Virus record (IMG/VR): IMGVR_UViG_3300031951_021456
Location: 1-64,000 of that record
DNA: 64,000 nt
Reading direction: 5' to 3' (one strand)
The position numbers were made by a program, and so were the translations under genes. The notes beneath the pieces are model-generated. The model was not told the origin of the DNA and did no database searches. It saw nothing but the letters and a program-made list of their open reading frames with translations. Of the stretch, positions 16,886 to 27,000 are shown one piece after another (the stretch's first letter is position 1; each line of letters begins with the position of its first letter).

Positions 16886-17590
16886 ATGCTTATTGAACAA
16901 CCATTTCCAAATAATTACCCAGAACCCTCTATTTTAAGGCAACCATATTCTGCACTAATAGCAACCAATGCAAATAGAAATCTTTCAATAATCACTCTTG
17001 AAGTTTCACCAGATAGCGTACCAGAAGATGAAGACAATAAATTACTATTTAAATTTACTAGATCTGGAGATCTTAAAAATCCTCTGATTGTTTATTATAA
17101 TGTAACTGGCACCGCAGAATATAAAAAAGATTATAAAGCTTCCTTTTCAGAATCTGAAATACAGCAACTTTTTATCCCATCTGGTGTGTCTTCTGTTATT
17201 GTTGAAGTTATTCCAATTGAAGACCGTAAATTAGAAACAGATGAAACTGTGATTTTGTCAATTGTTCCAGATGATTCTTATAATTTGGGAACAGTAGATG
17301 ATGTTTATGGTGTTATTCGTGGAAATAAAGCTGCATTTGCCTGGTTAAATTATGCACCCATTGCAGCTTTTGCTACACCTCTTGTACTTTCACCATGGGA
17401 TAATAACATTTATTCTAGAGATAAAACGGGTGATTCTGAGAAAAAAGAGCCACCCAACGTTCCAAAACCCGAATGTATTTCTAATTGCTATTATGTTCCA
17501 GAACCATTTTCAATTTTAGCTATATTTGAGGGCTATAAAAAAACCCGTAAATTTCGTAAACTAAGTAAAAGAGTTAAATCACATGATTGA
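16886..17590 (+). CDS. Calx-beta-like domain protein with degenerate PEP-CTERM-like tail
   Basis: V.ED....L.F.FTRSG....L.V.Y...GTA...DY...ETVIL; VPEPFSILAIF followed by basic tail; start moved behind promoter. Confidence 0.6.
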   Translation: MLIEQPFPNNYPEPSILRQPYSALIATNANRNLSIITLEVSPDSVPEDEDNKLLFKFTRSGDLKNPLIVYYNVTGTAEYKKDYKASFSESEIQQLFIPSGVSSVIVEVIPIEDRKLETDETVILSIVPDDSYNLGTVDDVYGVIRGNKAAFAWLNYAPIAAFATPLVLSPWDNNIYSRDKTGDSEKKEPPNVPKPECISNCYYVPEPFSILAIFEGYKKTRKFRKLSKRVKSHD

Positions 17591-18014
17591 TATTGTTTTT
17601 TCTCAGCCTGAAGGTCTCTCCAAAAGTGGCACAAGAAAGTGGAATAAAGAAGTTAAATCTATCAGGTTTCTCGGGGAGGCCCAGAAGGTTATTCATATAA
17701 ATGATACTAATTTTCCAGATCTCAATTATAGACATTTTGAAACCCATGCTGCTTATTATAAATTTACTAATGATAGAGAAAACTGGAATTATTTCTTAAC
17801 CTTTTTTAAAGACTTAGCTCCTACATCTGTTTTAGAATTATTTTATAACTTTAATAATTATGGTTCAGTTGTAGATGAAACAACAATTGGAATATTCATA
17901 AAAAATTTACTCACACAAATAAAAGAAATGCATGAAACAATATTGAGGTGTGAATCTGAAATTGAGGATCTTAAGAGTTCTGTAAGGAGTTTAGAGTGGG
18001 ATGCTAGGTCTTGA
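17583..18014 (+). CDS. Hypothetical protein, C-terminal coiled coil
   Basis: ORF overlapping the upstream stop. Confidence 0.7.
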   Translation: MIDIVFSQPEGLSKSGTRKWNKEVKSIRFLGEAQKVIHINDTNFPDLNYRHFETHAAYYKFTNDRENWNYFLTFFKDLAPTSVLELFYNFNNYGSVVDETTIGIFIKNLLTQIKEMHETILRCESEIEDLKSSVRSLEWDARS

Positions 18015-18039
18015 CACCGGCTCTCCAACGTGCTATGAT
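18011..18039 (+). promoter_or_regulatory. Sigma70 promoter
   Basis: TTGACA-17 bp-TATGAT with extended TG. Confidence 0.8.
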
Positions 18040-18065
18040 CAACATAAGTCGCAAACCCATCCCAA

Positions 18066-18620
18066 ATGAACCAATCTGAGATTTCTATTGAAATTGAAAA
18101 AGTTGAACAGCAACTTTCAGAGTTGCGAGAAAAATTAAAAAAATCTGAAACAAAAACACCAAGAGAAGCAAAAATTGGAGACAAATTGGCTGATGGTTCC
18201 ATTGTTGTTGAAACATTTCCAAATGCCATTTTAGTTGTTGCTCCCAAAGAGACCGAATATGTTATTAATTCAACAGATGTTCTCGGTGATTATATTTTGT
18301 CTTTTGATTTGGCTTTTGGTAAAATTTCGTATAGTAATAGTCATGAGTGGTTTGCCCCATCATTAGAAATTCTGGAGAGTTCTATGCGAAAGGTTCCAGA
18401 TGCCTTTAATGAAAAGGAATATTACATTTCAACTACGAAAATTACACCAACCACTCAGAGTATATCGGCTTCCGGCGTAATTCAACATGGCTTTGTATAT
18501 TTTGGGTTCTTAGGTGGCCCCGGCCGCCGAGCCTGGAGATATTTTCACAGCTCCAATCAGGTAAAACGTGGTCCTAAATTTAAAATACACCAAAGACTTT
18601 TCCGTTTCATTGCATTTTAA
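18066..18620 (+). CDS. Hypothetical protein, possible DUF1566/Lcl-like C-terminus
   Basis: WFAPS..YY.STT..VYF..G...RLFR. Confidence 0.55.
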   Translation: MNQSEISIEIEKVEQQLSELREKLKKSETKTPREAKIGDKLADGSIVVETFPNAILVVAPKETEYVINSTDVLGDYILSFDLAFGKISYSNSHEWFAPSLEILESSMRKVPDAFNEKEYYISTTKITPTTQSISASGVIQHGFVYFGFLGGPGRRAWRYFHSSNQVKRGPKFKIHQRLFRFIAF

Positions 18621-18766
18621 ACCAATGAAACTTTCAAAAACAGATCTAAAAAATCTTGATAGGGTTCTAACCACTACACTCAAATTGATTCCAAATTCTA
18701 ATAAAACAGATATTTCTACAATTGAATTAAAAGAACTACAAGTGAGAATACAGGAGGAAATAATTT

Positions 18767-19546
18767 ATGAGGATTAAGCAATTAAGTGATTTACATTTAG
18801 AATGTAATTATCCAGGTGAATATTTTGATCCGGGTGAAGGTGATGTTCTTATTTTAGCTGGAGATATTCTTAATGTAAAACATTTTAAGACCGATGGGTA
18901 TTATAACGATATTTACCGTAAATTTTTAGATGATTGTTCTAAAAATTTTCAGGAGGTGTTATATGTAGCTGGTAATCACGAATTCTATTCTTATACCTAT
19001 GAAAAGACTCATACAAAATTAAGAGAAATCCTACCAGATAACATACATTTTCTCCAAAATGATGTCTTTGAGATTGGTGGAATTTATTTTATAGGATTCA
19101 CATTTTGGACCAATTATTTCAATGAAAATCCTATAGAAATGTGGGATTCAAAAAACTACATGAATGATTATAAAGCTATAAGAATTGGTCCTAATTATAG
19201 AAAAATACAGCCATATGATATCTTGGATGAGCACAAAAAACATTTGAGATTTCTTAATGAAAAATTGGAACTTCTTAAAAACGAAAGAATTTTCGTAATT
19301 AGCCATCATAGCCCAACTCTTCAATCCATTGCAGAACAGTATAAAACCTCCCAATGCAATGGATCATTCTGCAGTGATTATGATGAATTAATTATAAGCA
19401 ATCCACAAATAAAAAATTGGGCTTTTGGTCACGTTCATACTGCCTTTGATTTTTATAATGAATCCTGTAGAATGACCTGCAACCCTCGCGGCCGCCGCTG
19501 GGAATCCACAGGGTTCAATAAGAATTTTACCATTGAAATTCCATGA
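18767..19546 (+). CDS. Calcineurin-like metallophosphoesterase
   Basis: SDLH, AGD, GNHE, HH, GHVH, NPRG. Confidence 0.9.
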   Translation: MRIKQLSDLHLECNYPGEYFDPGEGDVLILAGDILNVKHFKTDGYYNDIYRKFLDDCSKNFQEVLYVAGNHEFYSYTYEKTHTKLREILPDNIHFLQNDVFEIGGIYFIGFTFWTNYFNENPIEMWDSKNYMNDYKAIRIGPNYRKIQPYDILDEHKKHLRFLNEKLELLKNERIFVISHHSPTLQSIAEQYKTSQCNGSFCSDYDELIISNPQIKNWAFGHVHTAFDFYNESCRMTCNPRGRRWESTGFNKNFTIEIP

Positions 19547-19670
19547 AAAATTTTATTTTCAATCGCATAATCACTTATATCATTTTAACCGAGCCTGGTT
19601 TTAAAGAACAAATTGTGATTATTCTCACGCTATTAAAACTTAAAATACAAACATTTTTTAAAAACCTCAA

Positions 19671-20264
19671 ATGATTGACACTGATGATCTAAAACAACTT
19701 AATATTTTAACTGCCAATCTAAAAAAAGATAGTGAATCCACTGCTAATTACACAATAGAACTTCTTGAATGTCTTCTTAAGCGGTATAATCTAAGAGTTT
19801 CACTTAATTCAGAAATTGAAATGGAAGACATTCCAGATGAGATCATAAAAACATTGAAAGAAGGAAGAGTTCCAACAGTGGAAGATTTGCTTCCATTGGA
19901 TTCAGAAACGCAAAATATTCTTATTATGGAAATGATTTGGTTTGCTGGTATGAATAGAATTGCATCTTATAGTCATGATGAAGACCTAGAGGAAGGAGAA
20001 CCTTCACCAATTGAATGTATTCTAGCGATGCAGGATGTTTCTATGGCGCATTCGTATGGTAGCTATCTATTTGCAGCTCTTGCATTATTAATGTCAGCTA
20101 TTCCATCATATGATTTTGTCAATGCTCTATGTAATAATTTTGAAGATACTCCAGAAAACATTAAAAATATTATAAATCATTTCGTTGAAGTTGTCATTTC
20201 AATCCATTCTAGGCATGTTGAAGATATGACTTGGTTCTTTGATTTTAAAGATGATGAAGTTTGA
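19671..20264 (+). CDS. Acidic hypothetical protein
   Basis: 197-aa ORF. Confidence 0.7.
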   Translation: MIDTDDLKQLNILTANLKKDSESTANYTIELLECLLKRYNLRVSLNSEIEMEDIPDEIIKTLKEGRVPTVEDLLPLDSETQNILIMEMIWFAGMNRIASYSHDEDLEEGEPSPIECILAMQDVSMAHSYGSYLFAALALLMSAIPSYDFVNALCNNFEDTPENIKNIINHFVEVVISIHSRHVEDMTWFFDFKDDEV

Positions 20265-20407
20265 TGAATGGTTTCATGAGCAAGACTATTTTGGCTCAAG
20301 GAGTAAAAAGTTCTTTAATGAGTGTGAGCTATATTTAAAGAAAGGTAATGGTATGGAATTAGAGGGCGAACGTATTTTTCTTTCTTGGATTAAGGAAGCA
20401 TTTGAAA

Positions 20408-20644
20408 ATGGCAAAAAAACGTAGAGGGACAATAAAGGTTACACCACCAGCAAATATTCTTCCACAAAAATCAGATCCCTCTGATGTACCATTTCATGTG
20501 GCTTTTCCGATTGAAATGCACCATTTAGATAATGGAGAAAAGAAAATTTGTTGGTTTAAAGATAAGATTGATTGCCAGAAATATATTGCACGTTATAAAC
20601 TTAAAGTTAATCAAATCACTATACAAAAAACCAAGGCAAAATGA
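20408..20644 (+). CDS. Cyanophage-type hypothetical protein
   Basis: FP......KKICWF......KYI.RYKL. Confidence 0.65.
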   Translation: MAKKRRGTIKVTPPANILPQKSDPSDVPFHVAFPIEMHHLDNGEKKICWFKDKIDCQKYIARYKLKVNQITIQKTKAK

Positions 20645-21111
20645 TTAAAACAATCTCTGGAAATATTATTGATCTTGCAGAAGAGGGAAAATTTGACTAT
20701 ATTATCCATGGGTGTAATTGTTTTCACTCAATGGGCAGTGGCCTTGCTGGCCAATTAGTTAAACGATATCCCATGATTTTGGAAGCCGACAAGACAACTA
20801 AGCGTGGGGATATTGAAAAGTTAGGAACTTGGACTGCCACTAAGGTTCATAATAATGGGAATCAATTCACAATTGTTAATGCATATACACAATTTTTCTT
20901 TGGGGTGGGCGGAGATGTTTTTGAATATGCTGCTTTTGATAGATTTTTAGATGAATTTAATATATTTTTGGGGATGACACGATTTAATCAAAAACGAATA
21001 GCATTCCCAAAAATTGGAGCTGGACTTGCTGGCGGTGATTGGATTCGCATTTTGGGATCAATTGAACGTTTTGCACAAACACAAGATGTCACTGTTGTTG
21101 AATATGTATAA
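20641..21111 (+). CDS. Macro domain protein (T4 Tk.4-like ADP-ribose binding/hydrolase)
   Basis: HGCNCFHSMGSGLA, NAYTQ, FPKIGAGLAGGDW. Confidence 0.9.
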   Translation: MIKTISGNIIDLAEEGKFDYIIHGCNCFHSMGSGLAGQLVKRYPMILEADKTTKRGDIEKLGTWTATKVHNNGNQFTIVNAYTQFFFGVGGDVFEYAAFDRFLDEFNIFLGMTRFNQKRIAFPKIGAGLAGGDWIRILGSIERFAQTQDVTVVEYV

Positions 21112-21311
21112 TGAAATACAGAATCAAAAAGACAATAGATATTGGTGGATGTCCACAATTTATACCACAATTTAAAAAGTTTGGAATTTATTGGGACTTC
21201 TGGGAAGTTAATTTTCCGCCACATAAAATATCTTTGGGATTTAAAGAGGATGCTGAACGTTTCATTCAAAGACAAAAACAAAAACCAAAAGATGAATTTT
21301 TTTATCTTTGA
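21111..21311 (+). CDS. Hypothetical protein
   Basis: Coupled ORF. Confidence 0.6.
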   Translation: MKYRIKKTIDIGGCPQFIPQFKKFGIYWDFWEVNFPPHKISLGFKEDAERFIQRQKQKPKDEFFYL

Positions 21312-21390
21312 TGTGCCATTTCAAGAACCGTCCATAATTTATCCATTTTGAGCAAAATGCCTTATGATTAATCAGTCCCAGAAAAAAAGC

Positions 21391-22383
21391 ATGTTACCCG
21401 AAATCAGCCTTAGAGAATACGATTTTTCAGACTTTCAGATTTCGAATTTTGTTAATGATTTTTGGAAATCTGGAGTTCATCTTTTTAGAGAGAAACATAA
21501 TTTTAATGCCACAAATGAAATGATCGTTTCATTTTTTTCTGAACACCTTTCAGAATATTTAATTTCTCAAAATCATTATAATATGCTCTTCAGAACCATT
21601 AACTGCATTGTTCATATTGAATATGCAGCTCATGGTACTGCTCGTGCCCGGTTGTATGGATCTAGAGAAGAGGTGGATAGAGTTAAGAAATTGTTCAGTC
21701 AACATTTCGGTGAAATCGGTGCAACTATAGAGTGGGTTTATAATCAAAAAGGTGACACAATTACTCTACCTCTTAATATGGATCAGTATCCAATCAAAGA
21801 GTTTTATCCATTTCTTGGTGAAAAAACTCTAGAGAGTTATTATGATGAATTTATGAAATCTAATTCATCTATTATGGTTCTTATTGGACCATCTGGAACA
21901 GGGAAAACTACATTTCTTCGTGGTCTTATTGGTCACACAAATAGCAAAGCCACACTTTCATATGATTCTAAAGTTTTAGAAAATGACGACTTTTTTGCCG
22001 AATTCATCAAAGACGATGAGTGTGATATTCTAGTTCTTGAGGATGCTGACAATTTCATTATACCACGCAAAGAAGGTAATATGCTAATGATGAAATTCCT
22101 TAATGTTGGCGGCGGATTGGTGAGTTCGTCCAATAAGAAGATCATTTTTACTACAAATCTCCCATCCATTAAAGAGATTGATTCTGCACTAATTAGACCT
22201 GGACGATGCTTTGATATTCTCCATTTTGATAAATTATCGGCTGAAGATGCAAATAAAGTTGCAGAAAAATTAAACTTTGAGAATGTATCATTCTCTGAAG
22301 AGGTTACCTTAGCTGAAATTTTTAACACCAAGCCTTTTTCCAGCGCGATTCAACCCAAAAAAGTCGGGTTCAATGTCTCTTAA
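21391..22383 (+). CDS. AAA+ ATPase (BCS1-like), paralog of 49317..50351
   Basis: GPSGTGKT, LVLEDAD, FTTN, DSALIRPGR. Confidence 0.85.
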   Translation: MLPEISLREYDFSDFQISNFVNDFWKSGVHLFREKHNFNATNEMIVSFFSEHLSEYLISQNHYNMLFRTINCIVHIEYAAHGTARARLYGSREEVDRVKKLFSQHFGEIGATIEWVYNQKGDTITLPLNMDQYPIKEFYPFLGEKTLESYYDEFMKSNSSIMVLIGPSGTGKTTFLRGLIGHTNSKATLSYDSKVLENDDFFAEFIKDDECDILVLEDADNFIIPRKEGNMLMMKFLNVGGGLVSSSNKKIIFTTNLPSIKEIDSALIRPGRCFDILHFDKLSAEDANKVAEKLNFENVSFSEEVTLAEIFNTKPFSSAIQPKKVGFNVS

Positions 22384-22467
22384 GCATTCTACATTGAACC
22401 CCAAAAGTCAACTTCTAGTAGTCTAGAAGCATTTAAGCCCAAACTCACAACCACACTTAAACTCAAC

Positions 22468-22743
22468 ATGGCTCTAACTGACCGAGATAAAAACTATATG
22501 CAAGAGGCCTTTGGGACCACTTCTCTTGTCACTGATTACCGTACCGAAAGAAATGTTGTTCTAACAATGGAGGATGTCATTGCACAACTCAAACACATTA
22601 GCAGCCCAACTGAAGATGAAGTTAAAGAAACTCTAACTGAACAATCACTACAAAATGATGCATTTTTCTTTGATTTTGGTCATAGGCTAGGAATGAAGCG
22701 TTGTGCAGAATTAACACTACAACTACTTGAGAAACTACAATGA
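22468..22743 (+). CDS. Hypothetical protein
   Basis: ORF. Confidence 0.65.
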   Translation: MALTDRDKNYMQEAFGTTSLVTDYRTERNVVLTMEDVIAQLKHISSPTEDEVKETLTEQSLQNDAFFFDFGHRLGMKRCAELTLQLLEKLQ

Positions 22744-22973
22744 ATAAAATTTCTGAACGAGTTATTGAAGAGCTTAATGAAGCTGCAAGTCACATTAGAA
22801 ATGCTCTAAGTTTTGCCTCAAGATCAGAGAACCCCGCAACTATTTGCAATCTTGATATGATTCTTCGTTCTATTGAAAATATTCCAGCCTACGATGCAAA
22901 CGTTGAGGCCAGAAAAATGCTACAACAAAAACTTATGCAAATGATGAATGGAGAGCAACCACCAACCCTTTGA
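22740..22973 (+). CDS. Cyanophage-type hypothetical protein
   Basis: L.EA.SHIRNALSFASRSE.P. Confidence 0.7.
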   Translation: MNKISERVIEELNEAASHIRNALSFASRSENPATICNLDMILRSIENIPAYDANVEARKMLQQKLMQMMNGEQPPTL

Positions 22974-23202
22974 AGGGTTCTGTGAAATAGAATTAAAGGA
23001 AACTTCTCATTTCATTGAGACTGATGAAGAACCAAATAGTTTTACTCTTTGGTTCTATCGGAGAGAAACAGAGGAGTTTCCTTTAGATGATTTCTTAAAT
23101 GACTTACAATTAAATAATTTTGGCTGGAATGAGCCAACTCACGAATTATTCTTTAAATCAAAAGACAACGAACTTTATTCGGTTAGTTTTACAAAACTCT
23201 AA
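22948..23202 (+). CDS. Hypothetical protein
   Basis: ORF. Confidence 0.6.
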   Translation: MESNHQPFEGFCEIELKETSHFIETDEEPNSFTLWFYRRETEEFPLDDFLNDLQLNNFGWNEPTHELFFKSKDNELYSVSFTKL

Positions 23203-23208
23203 ATACAA

Positions 23209-23385
23209 ATGATTCTCCAAAAAGAAATGACAACTGAAGAATGGAACGAGATGGATTCCATAAGACGCGCCATAAGAGATATGCCATCTTCAGTTTCTCC
23301 TGAAAAAATGGAAAGGTTTACTGAACTTTTTGTTAGGACTTTATCTAATGCGGATGATGCTCATCCAAATGATCGTTCAATTTGA
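23209..23385 (+). CDS. Small hypothetical protein, not in ORF track
   Basis: MTTEEWNEMDSIRRAI..PSSVSPEKMERFTELFVRTL. Confidence 0.6.
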   Translation: MILQKEMTTEEWNEMDSIRRAIRDMPSSVSPEKMERFTELFVRTLSNADDAHPNDRSI

Positions 23386-23540
23386 ATTTTACTAATAAAA
23401 CTACCCTTCTTTTTTAAAAACCATGATCTTTAACCCTCCAAACCAGGCTTTACAAGCACTCATTGAAGAGAATAAAAAACTTAAATTAGAGAATAAACTC
23501 CTAAAGGAGCAAATTAAAGGGAAAATTTACGACGTTTAAT

Positions 23541-23777
23541 ATGAAATTTAAAATTTACTCCAAAGATGGATGTTCTTATTGCGAACAAGTTAAAAAATTA
23601 TTGAATACCCTCTGTCTAGACTTTATCGTTTATAATCTAGGAGAGCATTTTTCAAAGGATGATTTCTATTATGAATTTGGTGAGGGATCAACATTCCCTC
23701 AAGTTGTTGTTAATGATAATAATATTGGTGGGTGTAAAGAAACAATTGAGTTTCTCAGAGAGCAAAAAATAATTTAA
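23541..23777 (+). CDS. nrdC: Glutaredoxin
   Basis: CSYC, TFPQV, IGG. Confidence 0.9.
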   Translation: MKFKIYSKDGCSYCEQVKKLLNTLCLDFIVYNLGEHFSKDDFYYEFGEGSTFPQVVVNDNNIGGCKETIEFLREQKII

Positions 23778-24130
23778 TGGAAGAAGTTAATACTGATGTA
23801 GAAAGAGCCATAGATTATGCATTTTGTGATAATAAATTTATTCTAAATTTTTATGTTTACCTAAAACAAAAAGAATTTAAAAGAGTTGATGCACAGAATT
23901 TTTTAGATAGTAATACTGCGAGTAATCTGCAATCATTAATCAACGATCTTTCTTCTTATCTTGAGGGTGGTCAGGATCCACTTCATTCTTACTTGAGAGA
24001 AGCTTATGGATATCTGTCAAAACCTAATGCAAGGCGAATAAAAATATATCTTGAAAAGATAATTTTAGACACTAAAAAATACATTTATGATAAGAGGCCA
24101 GGAAGAAGAGCAAAAACTAAAGATAAATAG
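23777..24130 (+). CDS. Conserved T4-like cyanophage protein
   Basis: VERAIDYAF...YLEGG...LREAYG.L.KP.AR. Confidence 0.75.
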   Translation: MEEVNTDVERAIDYAFCDNKFILNFYVYLKQKEFKRVDAQNFLDSNTASNLQSLINDLSSYLEGGQDPLHSYLREAYGYLSKPNARRIKIYLEKIILDTKKYIYDKRPGRRAKTKDK

Positions 24131-24276
24131 GGGCATGGAGTTCATGCTTCATAATAAAAAAATAAGGAGGAAAGAACTTTTTAGAATTATCATTGATAAG
24201 GGAATTTCCTTTCTTTCAAGGGAAATTAGCCTGAAGTTTGAATTTACAATTACCAAAAAACATTCAGGTAAAAATA

Positions 24277-24495
24277 ATGTATAGCCTTATTGCAACTCTA
24301 TTAATTCTCATTTCTTTTTGTTTTCTAATGTTGGGTGGAATTATTGTTTTCCTCGCCCTTAATTTTTACTCTCCAGCTCCCAGATTACACCCAGAAATGT
24401 ATAATCCAGATGGGAGCATTAGACCAGATATTCTCTATTCAGTAACATTTGACCAAAACTATGACGACGACAACGAAGACTACGAAAAAGCCTAG
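24277..24495 (+). CDS. Small membrane protein
   Basis: N-terminal TM helix, HPEMY..DG. Confidence 0.65.
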   Translation: MYSLIATLLILISFCFLMLGGIIVFLALNFYSPAPRLHPEMYNPDGSIRPDILYSVTFDQNYDDDNEDYEKA

Positions 24496-25027
24496 GGTAG
24501 CAGTAGAATTGCCGGCTAATCCATTTATATTTGAGATTTTAGAGCTTGCTGTAAAGCAACGAACAAATGCCAAAAAGGCTGAAGTCCTTCAGACTTATAA
24601 GGATCCTTCGTTGATGGCTGTGCTGATTTGGAATTATGATCCTAGCCTTGAATCTGTTTTGCCACCTGGAAGTGTGCCCTTTGCAGAAGCAAAAGAGATT
24701 GGAGTAATTGGAAATGACAGCTCATTTTCAGACAGCTTAGGTAAGCAATTAAAATCAGATGAAATGCTAGATTCTTATGGAAGCAACAGCAAAACATCAA
24801 TCCGTAAAGAGTATGTAAACTTTTTCAATTTTATTAAGGGTGGCAATGATTCTCTTTCTAACATAAGAAGGGAAACAATGTTCATTAATCTTCTATATGG
24901 ACTACACCCCAAAGAAGCAGAAATTCTATGCCTAGTCAAAGATAAATGCCTACAAGAAAAATATCCAATATCTTTTGATGTGGTAAAATCTGCATTCCCC
25001 GAAATTCAATGGGGAAATAGAGTATGA
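24461..25027 (+). CDS. Conserved T4-like phage protein (DUF6433-like)
   Basis: LIWNYD...LPPG.VP...RRETMFI.LL.GLHP.EAE. Confidence 0.8.
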   Translation: MTTTTKTTKKPRVAVELPANPFIFEILELAVKQRTNAKKAEVLQTYKDPSLMAVLIWNYDPSLESVLPPGSVPFAEAKEIGVIGNDSSFSDSLGKQLKSDEMLDSYGSNSKTSIRKEYVNFFNFIKGGNDSLSNIRRETMFINLLYGLHPKEAEILCLVKDKCLQEKYPISFDVVKSAFPEIQWGNRV

Positions 25028-25181
25028 CAGATAAAGTAAAAGAATATTTTCAAAAGCAGATTGAATTAAAAGAGATACAAAAGATTGAAGATGATCTTTT
25101 AGATGAAATGGATATACTCTGGCAGTTTCTTTCAACAGAAGAAATAGCATATATAGATCAGAAAAACCGAGAAAATAATAA

Positions 25182-25352
25182 ATGAGTGGATTTGCAACAG
25201 TTATTATTAATGATGATGAGTTAAATAAACTCGTCAAAAGATATAAGAAGATTAAAAAGTACATGAAAAGCAATTATTATACTTTAAAGATTCTAGACAA
25301 AACAGAAACTATAGTTACACAATTATTAATGGAGAATAAGCCTGATGATTAG
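25182..25352 (+). CDS. Small hypothetical protein, not in ORF track
   Basis: MSGFATVIINDDELNKLVKRYKKIKKYMKS. Confidence 0.6.
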   Translation: MSGFATVIINDDELNKLVKRYKKIKKYMKSNYYTLKILDKTETIVTQLLMENKPDD

Positions 25353-25353
25353 A

Positions 25354-25680
25354 ATGGGACAACACTGTCTTCTTAATTTGTATGGCTGTAATGCTGAAAT
25401 TTTAGAAAATGTTGAGTTTATGCTCACTACTCTAAAAACTGTAGCAAATGAATGTGGGGCAACAATTTTACATTGTGCTCATCATAAATTTGAACCTCAA
25501 GGTCTTACAGCGTTTTTATTGCTTTCTGAATCTCATATTTCTGTTCACACATATCCAGAACAAAATTCAGCTGCATTTGACATTTTCACTTGTGGACAAG
25601 CAGATTCAAAATTAGGAGTACAGTATATTCTCAATTCTATTCCATCAGATTATCACACTTTAATTGAAGTTGGTCGCTAA
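25354..25680 (+). CDS. speD: S-adenosylmethionine decarboxylase
   Basis: MGQH, F.PQG.T...LLSESHISVHTYPE, DIFTCG. Confidence 0.92.
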   Translation: MGQHCLLNLYGCNAEILENVEFMLTTLKTVANECGATILHCAHHKFEPQGLTAFLLLSESHISVHTYPEQNSAAFDIFTCGQADSKLGVQYILNSIPSDYHTLIEVGR

Positions 25681-25904
25681 CCCACTTGACACCTAGGAGA
25701 AACTATGCTAGGGTATTATCCCCCAGAACCCCCACCACCAGGAAATAAAAGACTAAAGCTTTTAGTTCAAAATCTAGAAAATATTGTTGAACTGTTAAAG
25801 GAAGAACTTATAACACCTGAAGTTACAAATCTTGTTGATGTATCTAAGTTAATGGAAACGATACAAGCAGAAGAGGAACCAGACTATTATGAAGAGGAGG
25901 ATTA

Positions 25905-26096
25905 ATGTACGATTTAGATCCCTTTGAGCGTGAATTAGCCCTATTTGCTAACAGAGTAGATATTATAGTTGGACTACAGATGGGTAAAAAACTTTCGGCT
26001 GAGGATGCATACAAAGAAATTAAATATAGGTTTAAAACTCTTAAACAATCAAGAAAAACATTAAAAGGAGAAAAGAATAAAAATGAGCAATGTTGA
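25905..26096 (+). CDS. Cyanophage-type hypothetical protein
   Basis: FERELALF..RV.II..L..GK...EDAY.EIK. Confidence 0.7.
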   Translation: MYDLDPFERELALFANRVDIIVGLQMGKKLSAEDAYKEIKYRFKTLKQSRKTLKGEKNKNEQC

Positions 26097-26739
26097 GTTA
26101 GTTACATATAATGAAAATGCTGAAAAAATAATTGCTTATTGTGCTAGGGTATCAAATCCTAAAAATCAAAATAATGAATCCTTTGAGAACCTAATCAAAT
26201 ATTGTATTAAGGAGAAGCATTGGAGCATTTTTACTATGGCTGACATGACAGTTGAAATTAATTGTCAGCTACCTATTGCTACTCAAATTCTCAGGCATAA
26301 AAGTTTTGATTTTCAACAATTTTCACAAAGATATGCTGATATCACTGAAATTACAGAAGACATTCCAATTCCAGATTTAAGAAAACAAGATCTAAAAAAT
26401 AGGCAAAATTCAACTAATGATTTAAATTCTTATCTTAAGTTGACACTTCAAGAAGAAATTAGAGAACATTTTGAGCGTTCCAAATCTTTATATAAAAAAC
26501 TTCTTGAAAATAATGTAGCAAAAGAATGTGCAAGAATGATTCTCCCTAATGCTACAATGACTCGCTTATATATGAAAGGAAATCTAAGATCTTGGATAAC
26601 TTACATTGCATTAAGAGAGAAAAATGGAACACAACTGGAGCACAAAATTGTTGCCCTACAATGCAAAAAAATTTTTAATCAATGTTTTCCAACAATTTCT
26701 AGTGCTCTTGGTGGACTAGATAAAGAATGGATCGTTTAA
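26083..26739 (+). CDS. thyX: Flavin-dependent thymidylate synthase
   Basis: YCARVSNP, QILRH.SF.FQ.FSQRY, KECAR, TQ.EH. Confidence 0.92.
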   Translation: MSNVELVTYNENAEKIIAYCARVSNPKNQNNESFENLIKYCIKEKHWSIFTMADMTVEINCQLPIATQILRHKSFDFQQFSQRYADITEITEDIPIPDLRKQDLKNRQNSTNDLNSYLKLTLQEEIREHFERSKSLYKKLLENNVAKECARMILPNATMTRLYMKGNLRSWITYIALREKNGTQLEHKIVALQCKKIFNQCFPTISSALGGLDKEWIV

Positions 26740-26751
26740 GGAGCTAAACTT

Positions 26752-27000
26752 ATGGCATTATATCCAATTATCAATACTGAAACAGGTGAAACTAAAACAA
26801 TTGAAATGAGTGTTCATGATATCACTCAATGGTATAAAGATAACCCAAATTGGAAAAGAAATTGGTCTCAGGGTTGTGCATCACCCGGTGAAGTTGGAGA
26901 ATGGAAAGATAAACTGATTAAAAAGAATCCAGGATGGAATGACATACTCCAAAAAGTCAACAAATCTGCCGGATCTCAAAGTAAAATTGGAAAAATCTAA
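26752..27000 (+). CDS. FmdB-like small phage protein
   Basis: YP.IN.ETGE; syntenic before phoH. Confidence 0.65.
   Translation: MALYPIINTETGETKTIEMSVHDITQWYKDNPNWKRNWSQGCASPGEVGEWKDKLIKKNPGWNDILQKVNKSAGSQSKIGKI

Noticed and set aside
19480-19505. GC-rich patch in the metallophosphoesterase gene
   Set aside because: Explained by Pro/Arg/Gly codons of the NPRG motif; no repeat partner seen
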